From Pseudovirgaria hyperparasitica (lineage: Eukaryota), in the NCBI GenBank assembly GCA_010093815.1, contig ML996577.1: a stretch of DNA of 64,000 nucleotides. The stretch is one strand, 5' to 3'. A program made the position numbers and the translations under genes. Positions 12,155 to 24,506 of this stretch are shown here, piece by piece. Every line of letters starts with the position of its first letter. The first letter of the stretch is position 1. The notes under the pieces were generated by a model that worked only from the letters and a program-made list of their open reading frames with translations, was not told the DNA's origin and ran no database searches.

Positions 12155-13867
12155 CTACGCCGACACAGCAACAGAAACAACCCCCTCCTCCTCCTCCTCC
12201 TTCTCGCCCTCCAGCCAAATCTCATGCCCATCCCCCTCCCGCACCACCGTCGCCACCCACGCCCCAAGCACACTCACCGCACTCAACACCCAAAACGCCA
12301 ACCCCACAATCCCAACCTCCAGCCCCCGGCCCAGCAACCAGCCAAACACCACGGGCCCCACAGTACGCGTCCCCGCACTCACGCTCTGCCCAATACCATG
12401 CATGCTGCCCAGCCGACTAGGGTGCGGACAGTTATTATTAATCAAGATCTGCGCGGCCGGCAGGGCAAACGTGCGGCCGCACACCTGCACGGCGAGCACG
12501 GCGATGATAGCGGCCCAGACGCGCAGGCCCGAGGCATGGTGCGGGGCGGGGGCGGTGCTCTTGACGACGGCGAGGAAGGGCACGAGGGCGTATGCGAGCG
12601 GGAAGAGGAGGAGGGAGGACTGGTAGCTGCGGACGGTGCCGAGACGGGCGGTGACGCGCGGGTAGATGAGGAATTGGGCTGCGATGCCGATGGTGCCGAC
12701 GATGGCGAGGGAGAGGCCGATTTGCGGTGGGGGGAGGCCGAGGCCGCCTGAGAAGTGGAAGGGTGGGGATTGGGCGGGGAGGGAGGGCGGGTGTGGGTGG
12801 GATGGGTCGAAGCGTGGGGTGGAGAGGAAGACGAACCAGAGGCTGGAGAAGGTGCCGATGTGCATTGTTGTGAAGGCGTGGGCGAGGAGGGTGATTGTGA
12901 CACGGCGGGTGAAGAGGCGGCGGAAGGGGAGACGTTGGCGGGGTGGTTTGGGGGGGAGCGGGAGGGCTCGATCGAGTGCTGTCGTGTGGAGTTGGACGCT
13001 TGTTGGTGTGTCCGGTATGGCATTGTCGTTGTTGTCGTCGTCTTCGGAGGTCGCGAGCATGGTGTAGTCCGGAGGGTGGGACCTGCGGGTGAGGAGTGTG
13101 GCAAGCCAGCGGCCGAAGCGTCTTCCAATGTCCGGTCGTTCTTGGAGGTCCTCATGAGTCTCGTCGAGGCCGAGGAAGACAGCCGTGGACGATGTGATTA
13201 AGAAGATGGCGCAGACTATGTTCGGCAGGGCATACGGCCATTGCTTCATCCAATACACCCCCTGATCGCCACCAAAGGTAGAGTGCGGTCCGAACAGAGA
13301 CGGATACTGACCGATGGGATCGGACAAGACTCCTCCTAACAGTGGTCCTATGATGACACCCACATTGAACGTCAGGGGCAAGAGAAGAAAGGCGCGAGAC
13401 TGAAAGCGTTTCTCCTTGATGATCTCCGATATCATAGTCCGCATGACGCCCACATTCCCATTCATGACCCCTCCAAGTACACGAAACGCAACCACTGATG
13501 CGTACGATCTAGAGAAACCAACACCGATAGCAGTCACTGCGGTGCTAGAGAGGCTGAGCAAGACCACATATTTCCGCCCAACGTGCCTTGAGTCGGAGAC
13601 GGTGCCCCACAGAAAGCTCGTGAGGAACTGAGCAAACAGAAACGCCCCAACGATGATCCCGGTCTGCTGAGCAATCTGGGAGTCTGACAGCGAAGGGTCG
13701 AACGACTTGAGCATGTAGAACATGTATGACTGCGTGGACGTGAGGAATAGAGGCTCAGACAGACGTGACGCCGTGAGCAAGGCAAGTTGGCCCTTCTTGG
13801 GCAGCGACCGCCATGTTACCTCTTGTTCTTTCGCCTTGATACAGTCATCATTCCGACTCTCGACCAT
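12155..13867 (-). CDS. MFS transporter (DHA1-like, YCR023C/ZIF1 type)
   Basis: About 12 hydrophobic segments; motif A WGTVSDSRHVGRK; FRVLGGVMNGNVGV; first ATG at 13867 (the ORF-track start is a GTG). Confidence 0.88.
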   Translation of the reverse strand: MVESRNDDCIKAKEQEVTWRSLPKKGQLALLTASRLSEPLFLTSTQSYMFYMLKSFDPSLSDSQIAQQTGIIVGAFLFAQFLTSFLWGTVSDSRHVGRKYVVLLSLSSTAVTAIGVGFSRSYASVVAFRVLGGVMNGNVGVMRTMISEIIKEKRFQSRAFLLLPLTFNVGVIIGPLLGGVLSDPIGQYPSLFGPHSTFGGDQGVYWMKQWPYALPNIVCAIFLITSSTAVFLGLDETHEDLQERPDIGRRFGRWLATLLTRRSHPPDYTMLATSEDDDNNDNAIPDTPTSVQLHTTALDRALPLPPKPPRQRLPFRRLFTRRVTITLLAHAFTTMHIGTFSSLWFVFLSTPRFDPSHPHPPSLPAQSPPFHFSGGLGLPPPQIGLSLAIVGTIGIAAQFLIYPRVTARLGTVRSYQSSLLLFPLAYALVPFLAVVKSTAPAPHHASGLRVWAAIIAVLAVQVCGRTFALPAAQILINNNCPHPSRLGSMHGIGQSVSAGTRTVGPVVFGWLLGRGLEVGIVGLAFWVLSAVSVLGAWVATVVREGDGHEIWLEGEKEEEEEGVVSVAVSA

Positions 13868-14573
13868 GAATATATGCAGTCTTGCAGAGGCGAATGCTAG
13901 GCCAAGCTCTTTCTTCACGATAGTGGCTGCTACTTACGTGTGAGACACCAAGTATGGTCAATTATGGTAGATGCCGGGAGACTCAGTCTTATGATAGGCG
14001 TGTTGTGTAATCGCTAGTATGAGAGAATGAAGGATCATGTATCCTGTGTGTCGATAAAACGCACGAAAGAGCAGATGAGGGAAAAGTATTCATGGCGGCA
14101 GAGGATTTCTTCATCCATGTACAGTCATAAGTACCAACGCTTTTCCCGACCAGACGGCTACAGGCTTGGGTCGGCGTCTAGTGACTTGTCAACAGCCCGC
14201 TGTGGTGGTAGAGTGGAGAGTGAATAGCAAAAGCGAACGAATGAGCGTTGTATATTGTTGGAGGATGCCGGCACTGCCCTCCGGTGTATCCGGTAACGGC
14301 TATTTGTTGATTACGGAAGCAGTGTAGAGTATGGTGAAGTGTGGCACTGTGGCTGGGGCTGTCAGACGTCCGCTGATTGGCTGAAGACGATGGCAGAGTC
14401 TTCGTCCCAGCAGACTGAGATGTGCCCCGCGGAGAGACTCTACTGCGTCGTGTTGATAGCGTCATCGTCATTATTCACTTGTGGTTGTTTGACAAATCGT
14501 GCCACCATCTCGTCGCCGCCACAATCAACACATAACCCCATCACGCTTCTCCGACAAGTCTTCATCCATCTTC

Positions 14574-15247
14574 ATGCGATTCTTCTCTTCTTTCGTCCAA
14601 GGCTTCACATTCTTCAACGCTACCAGTCGCATCTTCCGCAGCCCGCAGTACCTTGAGCGAGCACTTCCAGCAACAAGACTTACGCCACTGCGGTCCATGT
14701 CCGGCATCCCTTTCCTCGGCAGTCTCTTCAGTAGCAGCTCTTCGCGCAAAAACATGTCCTATCCACTCCAGAAGACCGACGACGAGTGGCGCGCCGTGCT
14801 GAGTCCAGGTACGCGATTGCCCATCTCCATCTCCTCCATCTGGCCGAGAATGCTAACTCCCAGCGCTCAGAACAGTTCCGGGTGCTGCGCAAACAAGGCA
14901 CTGAAGCCCCGTTCACTGGCAAATACGATAAGCATCAGCCCACCAGCGGTGCGTACACATGTGCGGGTTGTAATGCAGAGCTATACAAGGCCAGTCACAA
15001 GTTCAAGTCCGGCTGTGGATGGCCTGCCTTCTTCGACGCCGTTCCAGGCGCGGTGACAAGACACACTGATCGGACGCTGGGTATGGAGAGGACAGAGATC
15101 GTATGCTCGAACTGCGGTGGACATCTTGGACATGTGTTCAAGGGCGAGGGATACGCGACGCCGACGGATGAGAGGCACTGCGTAAACAGTGTCAGCATCA
15201 ACTTTGGCGACGAGAAGAAGGAGGCGAACGGCGAGTCGAAGGTCTAG
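14574..15247 (+). CDS. msrB: Methionine-R-sulfoxide reductase MsrB, 203 aa with N-terminal extension. Exons 14574-14808, 14871-15247
   Basis: Zn ligands CAGC and CSNC, GCGWPAF, GHLGHVF, RHCVNS; GT-AG intron joins EWRAVLSP and EQFRVLR. Confidence 0.93.
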
Positions 15248-16167
15248 ACAGAGGCATTCAGGGGGAACAGCCCATCACGGCGTGTCTAAATCATATCGAG
15301 TCAAAAGCCCGTTTACATATAGAACAAGAAGGAGAGGCAGACGTTGGAGAGAATATTGTAATTGGCAATGAGAACGAGAAATGCAAATGCGATTCTTGAA
15401 TTTACCAACTGTGAGCACCGTGCAGAACACTAGCGCAAACCCATCGGACGAGCGTGACGGGCTCCACAATGGCCATGAGATCACTCAAAGGGCTGAAACA
15501 AAACAAAAACAGTGCACGACGATAACACACCACCACCATTGGGCACTGTCATCGTGGAGTTGCGGCCCTGTCATTCCCAGTTTCCCATCGCACCGTCCAG
15601 GACACCAAGCGCGGTGCGGTCCGAGAGTGCCAGCAGAGTGGAGCCTCTACCAACCACGCCCCAGCCTCTCCCAACCCCCAGCAACCGCAACATTCTCCCT
15701 TAAAGACGGCTGCATGCAGGCTTTCTGCTGGAAAATAATCTACTCTCCAATACAACACATACACTGCTTAACATTCCGATCCTCGAGTCTGGTCTCGTAA
15801 CGATACACCAAATATAGCACGAGCTTCCGGTCGAAGATTGTCCCCATTCATCTCAGCCCTACCTACTACTACCCACCTGCGGCCTAGCTCCCTCCACCTT
15901 GCCAACACACATTACTCGAACGGGTAGTTGCGATTGGAAACATCACTCGGCTCTGCTGTCGCTGTATATATTCCCCTCAGAAACAAACGAGCTGAAACTC
16001 TTCCTCGAACACCATCATCAGTATCAGTATCCATATTACAACGACACCCAGCCACAATCGTCGCATAACGTACGTCCTGGCCTTGTCTCCTCTACTCATT
16101 ACCTCCAGCTCTAACAACACTCACAGCCCCACCACCACAACCAAACCCATTCTCCCCCACCTTCACC

Positions 16168-16317
16168 ATGAAGCGCAACATCGTCATCTTCCTCATCATC
16201 CTGATCCTCTTCATCCTCATCGGCGCGATCGCATACGCCCTCTACTACCTGCAAACCCGCATGTCAGTCGCAAACGGGACGTCTTCGAGCGTGAGTGAGA
16301 TGACGGAGGACGTGTGA
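16168..16317 (+). CDS. Putative 49-aa single-pass membrane microprotein MKRNIVIFLIILILFILIGAIAYALYYLQTRMSVANGTSSSVSEMTEDV
   Basis: CACCATG context, C-ending codon bias, upstream TATATA (about 15965) and a canonical 5'UTR intron 16070-16126 (GTACGT..CTAAC..CACAG). Confidence 0.7.
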   Translation: MKRNIVIFLIILILFILIGAIAYALYYLQTRMSVANGTSSSVSEMTEDV

Positions 16318-17703
16318 TTGCCTGCATGTCTTCTTTCACTCCTCTCTCACGACTCTCAAAAGCCCTTACCATTTCGAACATATTTACCTCGTCTACATGG
16401 TTTATATCTTTTTATGCATATATATACACCCGGCGCGGCTGCATTTACAAACACTACGTATATATGCATACACACACACCACCACACCACACACAAAACA
16501 CCACGCACCACACAACCCCACCCGCAAAGCACAGCGCATACTAAACAACAAAAAACCCCCCTTAGTACGCGCCCCTCGACGCAGAAAGCAACATCAGCGC
16601 TCTACAAGGCACAGGAGAGGCCACAACAGGCATGCGACACGCATAGACCTAAATACACATATATATACCACAAAAACACGACCAACATCAAACGACGACA
16701 GCGATTCAAAACGGGCTGTTGTGTGTGTGTGCATCGTCATGATAGCATGAATAGCATATTTCAAACGGGCGTTTTTAGGGGGTTTTTAGGGGGTTTTGAG
16801 GGGTTCGGTTACTATTTTGAATCAGAGCAGCAGGACTTGGGGGCGCTTGTTTGGGTTTTTCCATAGAGATATGAAGAGTGATGGAAAGGGGCTGTCTCGG
16901 TCGGTATGATGATGGGGCTGACTGGTTGCCTGACTTGGCTGGCTGGCTGCTTGCACTGGGTGCCTTTTGTATAAAAGCACCATGCATGAGTGCGAAGTAA
17001 TGACTTGGGATGAATGAGATCAATTGAATTGGAATGAAGTATCAACATTATCATCATTGACAGTGTTTTCATCATACTACGGTTTAATGCTCTTGTTGAA
17101 AGTTTAGAGCACGTGCCGTACCCTGTCTACTCCATACCTCACCCTAACACCCTGCCTGCACACAGCACAGCATGTGATATTTGTTCTAGGGGTTCGTGAT
17201 TTGGCACGTGCAAATATGCGCACAGAATTGCTCCTCCGTCTCCTTGATAGCATCACGAACCACGCAACCTGAGGACGAGAGAGAGAGGGACCGACGAAGA
17301 AGCGTGAAAAAGAGAGAGAAGAGGAGGGAAGAGAGAGAAGAGAAGAATGGTAAAAAGAGGAAATCCCCTTTTGTCTATTAGACTAAATAAGAACGATACT
17401 GTGGCCCCATGTCAGTCACTACGGGCGGTCCCATGTGTCCCCCATGCCACACCTCTCCGTATCCCTCCACCATGACATATAATAAAAAAAAGTCACCCTT
17501 ATATAGCGCTCCCTCCAATCCCCTCTCTGGCATCTCACCACGCTCCCTCCAATGCTCCACCTCCATCTATCAATCCCACCGCCATCAATCCATCACCACC
17601 ACCACCACCAAATTGTACTGTGAATTCTCTGCATGTGTGTGTGTCCTTCATTCATACAATGCGTTGTATTGTATAGTATTTATTATATGCAAAATGCTCT
17701 TCT

Positions 17704-18542
17704 CTATTTATCCTTGTTGGCCTCGAGGTAGGTATACGCAAAATACGCCGCCGCGGCAACGGCGATGATCAGGCCGTATGTTGTGAGTCCGAAACTGACG
17801 GCGTCGCCGCTTTGCTTGTTGCTGCTGTACTGTGCGCCTTGGTCTTGGGTCTTGGGCGCGGGGTCGCCGGGCTGGAGGGGGATGTTAGTTTATTGTGTTT
17901 GTGATTTGATAATATTGATGTTGATGTGAGAGAGGTGGGGAATATGGGATATGGGGTTTGGGCATGGTAATTGGAACTTGTGGAGAGAAATGGGGAATGA
18001 GGGATGGAAACGCACCTGGCGCTTCAGCGTGCCGACGAGCATGCCATCGAGAATCTCACGCGCTTCATCGCTGTGGCCTACATCTTCAAAAGCTTCGGTT
18101 GCGTCTTGACCGCCGACATCGAGGAGGACTTCTTCGCCGCCGCTGTGTTGTGGTGGATTAGCATGTGATTCTACACTTTTGATCCCCAAAAATTTCCCAG
18201 AAAATATATGGCTGATGTTGCCCGATATGTATACATTTAAGAGACTGTGTGCGGTGTGCTGTGTGCGGCCGAATTGCGTACGCCGGGTCGGGAGAGATCT
18301 ATGGCAATGCATCCACGGGGGTAAACCGACCCTCAATCAGGCAAAACCCCGACGAGGCCACTGCCATGACATGACCCGTGCGAACAGCCGAGGAAGGGAA
18401 TTTGGAGAAAGAAAGACAAAACGTACGGGTGCTCGTCGACGAAGCCGCTGGCATTGTAGACCTTGTCGTGCACGACGATGAACAGGTCCTTCTTAGAGGC
18501 ATGCTCGCTCACGTCCGAGTAGGTGTATTCCTTGTCGGCCAT
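17704..18542 (-). CDS. CYB5: Cytochrome b5, tail-anchored, 136 aa. Exons 18542-18427, 18142-18016, 17871-17704
   Basis: HPGGEEVL and [10 protein letters not shown] heme-ligand motifs after splicing; C-terminal hydrophobic anchor. Confidence 0.93.
18266..18390 (-). ncRNA. Candidate structured RNA element (long nested hairpin) in cytochrome b5 intron 1
   Basis: Four nested complementary arm pairs identified by eye; no folding computation run. Confidence 0.45.
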
Positions 18543-19923
18543 TGTGTACGTGTATGGGTGTGTGCGTGTGTAATTCGTGGGTGGGAGGTTGGTGGTAGGT
18601 AGTGAGGACGTCGATGTACGAGCGCGAGGTCCGTGTAGGTGATGTGATGTGATGCGGTGTTGTTGGATGGATGGATGGATGGATGGATGGAAGAGAGAGA
18701 GCAAGAGAGAGAGAACAGACGGGAAAATGATGGAAGCTCGGTCGGTGTTCGAGCAAAAGAGTCTCCCTCCCTAGTACGGGGGGGCAGAAAGGTGGGTAAG
18801 TAAGTAATAGGTAGCGTGTGGGTGGTGCGTCTCTCTCGCTCGGTTCGGCTACTACTCTCGCAAAAAAATGATCTGATACCTACAACCAACCTACAGATCA
18901 GGACGAGCTGATTGGATTAGCAAGAAGTCGTAAGTTGGCGTTTGTCTGTTTAAACTGAACTATGTATGATGATCTTCTCGGGAGTACTATAGCGCGCTGT
19001 TGTGATGAAAGATAGTCCGATCACGAGAGGGCATTCATTCGATCAGGTCACGGTATTCGGCCTCGGGTTTCCATCCATCACCACATATTACTACACGGTA
19101 CATACATACATACATACATGTCTACCCCGGTCTTGATCAGGACGTTGTTGGGAATCAGCTTTAGCCTCGCGCTCATTGGCTGTCGCCTTGTCGGTTACCG
19201 GTCCGAGACCTTGTTCGCTCCTTGGCTTTCTTGGGCGTGCTGTGGTTTGTTGTGATGGCGAGTGATTTATGTCGGTCATGTTCCCTACCAACCTCTGAGC
19301 TAACATGGTTCAAGCTACAAGTGCATTGTAGATCGTATCAAGACTATCATAAGTCACGCCTCACGCGCAATCTGGAAAAAAAGCCTCTGACTTGCATCAG
19401 CATTTCGAATCTCGTGCTCATCCATGGCCCTCCTCTCATTTCGTCCCCGTACATGTCCATCCTGCCATACATCCATCCCATCTCACCACTAAAATATACA
19501 CGTCTTGCCCCTCGCGCTCGTCACGTCTTTCTGCATTACCCACATCTCCCTCTGCCTGCTCGCTATGTCGGATCGGGACATGTGTCTAAGAGTTTGCGCC
19601 TAGTGCGCCTATACAGTGATAAAAATGATACGGTTCCTCCGCCTGACGTGACGGATACACATCTGGTCATAACTCCTAATAAAATGCATCACACATGCCG
19701 CAGAAACCAGTTCGTGTGTTTCATTCCAAATACATCGGGACAGTGAATATCGAGTGGTGAGTGTAACTCCCAGCGCTTGTTCGCCTGGTCGCAAGACGAG
19801 TGTTGGGTGCTTCGTGGTTAAGAGTATGAGGGAAGGGTACCCAGGAGGTGCAAGTGGTATTGTCGTGATTGGGCGCCAATGAGTTGAGTTGATCTTCTAC
19901 ATCAACGACAGCCTCGAAGGTTG

Positions 19924-22900
19924 TCATTCAGTAGGTACCTGGTCATCCTCGCCGACCGTCGCCTCTTTCCCTTTGTCCTGCTCGCCTTTCAGTCTCTCCC
20001 TCTCTTGATCCGTCCCGTCTTCCACGGGCGCCACGGTACTAATATCCGGATTCTCCGCCTCAGCGATTTCAGTCGCGCCATCCATGCTCGGTTTCTCGCC
20101 CGAAGCTGCAGTATTGACATCCCACGCGCTCTTGCTTCCCATATGGAACCACCCGCCCTTCTCCCAACCTCCGGGCTTATATAGACAGCCTTCGCGCACC
20201 GTGTCATTCACGATTCCTTCCAAGAGCTCCGAAAGGCGAGCAAAAGCGATAGGCTTGAGGATCCAGGCGTCAAATCCGGCGTCGATGTACGTTTGCCGTT
20301 CCTTTTCGATCAGACTCGCCGAAACCGCGATGATCGGGACGCGTCCATTACGACTCGCACGCTCGGACAAGCCGGATTCGGCACCGTGAGTTTTCTCATG
20401 GGCACGGATCATTTTGGTAGAGGAGAGGCCGTCGACGATAGGCATCTTGTGAAGCATTAGTATCACATCTTGTTTTGCGGTCCGAGACAACATACCTGCA
20501 TATCCATCAGGACAACATCAAACTTCTCAAGCCCATCGCCGTATGCAGACGCGCATTCCTCACCATTTACCGTCAGATGTATGTTGTGCCCTGCCTTCTC
20601 CAGCCTCTTCTTGACAATCTTGCTGTTGACCGGGTCGTCCTCTGCGACAAGAACGTGCATATTATCCGCAGTGAGCTGCTTCTCGGTCGACTGAACATAC
20701 TTTTCAGAACTGCTTAATTCACCAACGATACTGCCGGAGGTAGCGCTATTCGACAGTCGATCGACGGGAGATGATGCTTCAAATTCCTCTGGCATCCTGA
20801 CAGCCTTGACTGGTCGTAGTGAGAACGGTAGGTGATGCGTCCCCGGTTCGCTCTTCATGGGTGACCTGAGATGCCGAGGACCGCTCGCCCTGTCGGCAGC
20901 AAGGCCTTCGACGGCTTCGATACTACGAGCACGAGGACGATCTACAGGCGACACCGACGAGCTGCCAAAGCTCCCGGATCGATTGCTTTCGATGCGTGAA
21001 CGCGTAGACATAGCACTACCTACCCTTTTCAGGGCTGGCCGATTGTTGACCCCGTGTGGTTCTTGGATGGCTTCAATCAAGCGATCAACATCACTCTTGC
21101 CACTTGCAGTACTTGAGACGCTGGTTAGACTCTTCAAGCTTTTGCGGCTGCCCAGGCTGTCTGCGCTATTTCTTCGTTGTACAACCCCTTCAACTCCTCT
21201 TGCCGATGAGCTCGGTCGTTGCGGCGCATTTGCGTCTCGTTGTATGAGAGTGACTTCATTCGGTTGGTCAAATTGTGGTGTGACAACAGTACTGGGTGTC
21301 TCTGTTATGGAGCTGGCGTTATCGGGCTTGACTTCGGAGTCCGGTAGGTCGAACGGAAAGTTGACAACGAAGCGGGAGCCCTTGCCCTCTTCAGACTTCA
21401 GGCGCAGTTGTCCATTCATGTTCTTGATTATGCGCGCGACAACAGCCAGACCAAGACCAAGTGCTCGTTTGTCGCCCTTCTCCTTGCCATCTGTGATTGT
21501 TTTCGGAAGCGCATCCTCCAGAGGCATAGCATCGCCCTCGCCCTGAACTTGTTCAAGCTCCTGAAACAGTGCATCTAGCTTAGCAGTGCTCATACCGGTA
21601 CCAGTGTCTTGCACGACCACTTCAACCTCGACATGAGCGTCCACCCAGGACGTCACGTACATGTCGACCTTGACACTACCCTCAGTCGTATGCTGGATGG
21701 CATTGGCAGTGATATTAGATATAGCTTGACGGATCCGACGTTGGTCTCCGATAACTTTCTGGGGAATACCAGGATATTCTGTGATTTCGTACTCGATGTT
21801 TTTCCTGCGTGCGTCGCCCTTGAACAGATCTGTAGCCTCTTGTAGTGTAGCTTTCAGGTCGAATACATCACCTTTGACAAGCTCGCCGCCCTCGACCGTT
21901 TTGGTGAGATCTAACAGGTCGTTGATGACGTAGATCAGAGACTTTGATGCCGAATGAGATTTCGCGAGATTCTCACGCGTTTCTGTGTCGAGGGAGCCCT
22001 CGAGAGCGATTTCGAGGTAATTTATGATAGCATTGAGCGGCGTGCGGACTTCGTGTGCCGAATTGGCGAGCAAGAGCCTTGTCAGCTGGCTGTTCTGCAG
22101 TGCTGCTTCTTTTTGTCGCCAGACCTCGATGAATTTGCCGTACACAAGACAGAGCACAGCTGCCGTCTCGATTTCTTCCTCGGTCCACTCTCTTGATTTA
22201 CCAACAACCATCTCACTCCAAGTCTTGAAGCTCTTCCGCGGCTCGAGGTACCCTTCTGTACCTTCACGAACGAATTTTTCATATGGGTTCCCGGCCCATT
22301 TGACCTCCTTGAGCTGACCTTTTCTGAAAAAGACGATGAAGTCATGACCACTCGCAGAAAGTGGTACTACCAGCATACCAGCGATGACAGAGAATCCAGG
22401 CGGATATCGCAAGTCTGGAAAGTCAAATTTCACGTCTGTCGAGGTAGTTACAGACGTTACTTTTCTCATGCGCAGATATTCCAGCATGGCCAAGCATTCC
22501 TGTGTCTGTTCAAGATGACCCAGGATCTTCGTTTCGTCCCGTATGGATAATAATCCATAGTCAGCATCGAATAGTTTCAAGAGGTCGTCTGACGAAGCAA
22601 TAATGTAGCCAGATGGGTTGTGCTGCGTAGGCACAGTGTTGATGAGTTTGCGGGCTTGTAACCTCGATGCATACGAAAGTCGTTCGATGTTTCTCGACGC
22701 CGAATCACCGACTAGACGACACATTTTGCGTATTGGGAAAGACACACGCATGCCCCTCGGCCCATAAGAATGGCAAGCAATCAGGCCCCAGAGCTCGTTG
22801 AATGCATTGATTGATATGGACATTGAGGACCGAACAGCCATGTTAGCGAGATATTTGATGTGAATTGGAGACATGGCGCGAAGATATGAATGCGTAAGGT

Positions 22901-24506
22901 CGAGAGGATTCTCCAGGTCCTCGAGCGTACGACAAACAAGCCTTGCTGTCTCTTGATCGCGGTCGTACAAGAGTCGGACCCTGTTAATCTTGTACATATC
23001 TCTAGCTTGTTTGGGTATATCGCTCGCGGGGAAATTGAGACCCTTGTACAAGTCCTTAGTTGCGCGCGGATCGACCAATTCAGTGACTACTCTGCCGTTG
23101 AAGGCAGCATCGAACTGGTAGACCATGACTCGGTGAAAGCCAGTCAACTCCTTGACCACACCAACCAAGACTTTCAGAAATTTCTCTAGGTTTGGCGCGG
23201 TGGCCAGCTGCTCCTGTACCTGTGACATGATATTGAAAACCTCCATAGCTGCGGCCTCTCCCTTGCGTTTTCTAGCGCTTCTTAGCACACGTAACGGCCG
23301 ACTCCAGACTTGCGTGCTTTCCAAGTATTCTTCTTCCGTGGGATTACTTGATAACGTATCCTCGGGGAGATCTGGGGTTTGATTGTTGTTAGGGACCAAG
23401 GGGTTACTGACGTCGTCTTCCAGCTCAAATTCGCATATTATGTACCCTGGATTTCTGTCGTTGGAATGCATTGCACACCAAAGCTTCCGCGCACGACCTT
23501 CAGGGGCTTTGATGGCCATGGTGAAGACCTCGGGGCCGTTCGTCTCTACATCGGTATCTTCATCACGAATGAAGTCTATATGATCCAAGAGGTTATCCGT
23601 TTGCTCTTCAGATAAGATGTCGCAGAAGTTCTCGAGTGCGAACAGTTGTTTGGGAGTCCAGCCTAGTATTCGCTTCGAATTCTCGCTCACAATGCGCACG
23701 AGAAGATTGCCGGTGCCTGGATCTTCCTGCAATGCAATCAACAGACCAAATCCCTGGATGGCACCGGGAATCTGGATAGGCTCGTCCTCGCATCTTTGCA
23801 GCGTTTCGCCATCGCGACCAGTGACAATGGCATGGCCGCCATCGGTCACAACGTGCTTGAATCTTGCCGTGACTAGTCCTCCAAGTTCATCATTTGCAGC
23901 GCTTCTTGTACTCCTGTTGCTCCTGGTTGACGCACCTCCAGAAATCAGCGAAAAATCGCCCGGATCTCCAACACTGCCACTATCATTCGAGCGTGTCGAA
24001 TTGAAATCGCTGAAGACCTGCGGTGGTGCTCTCAATGCGGTAGCATCTCTCGGTCTCATAACTTTTGGGTTCTCCCCTACTGGACTGGGTAGATCTGGAA
24101 TGCCACCTTTTGCCAGTACACTCCCGGGCCCGCTCAGATCCCCGCTTGGCTTGCGCGATCTCGTCGATCCAGAGCTCTCTGAATGTCCTCTTGCTCGGGC
24201 TGCACTTGCCGACGGAAAGTATTCTCCTCTGTCTGGCCGTTGTGTGGGCGTTGGGGTCGGGTCCATGGAGACAACACTGCGTATTGGAAAGACGCGATCT
24301 GTGGCACCTGGACTCAATATGTTCAGTGGCTCTGCACCTCGGCCCCCTGGCGAGTAGGCCACCGAGCCAGCCCTCCTCCTTTGTTCTTCTCCTGTCATAT
24401 CATCCGCGGGCGTAGGTTGCTCCGTAGAAGGATCGGTCGGGGTGTCATCGGTAGCGTTGGAGAGTTGTGGTGGCTTGCTGTCGCCTGAGCTCTCCGTCGA
24501 AGACAT
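19924..24506 (-). CDS. fphA: Fungal phytochrome (PAS-GAF-PHY, histidine kinase, receiver), 1510 aa. Exons 24506-20496, 20445-19924
   Basis: Chromophore Cys RCEDEPI, FPASDIP, PRKSF, H-box HEVRTPLN, G-boxes DTGTG and GLGL, receiver VLMDMQMP across a 50-nt intron. Confidence 0.96.

Noticed and set aside
16771..16805. Interstitial telomere-like TTAGGG
   Set aside because: Only two non-tandem copies within a T/G-rich decamer duplication
14574..24506. MsrB, cytochrome b5 and phytochrome as a light/redox cluster
   Set aside because: Ordinary core genes; no heme oxygenase and no shared motif seen, so adjacency alone is insufficient
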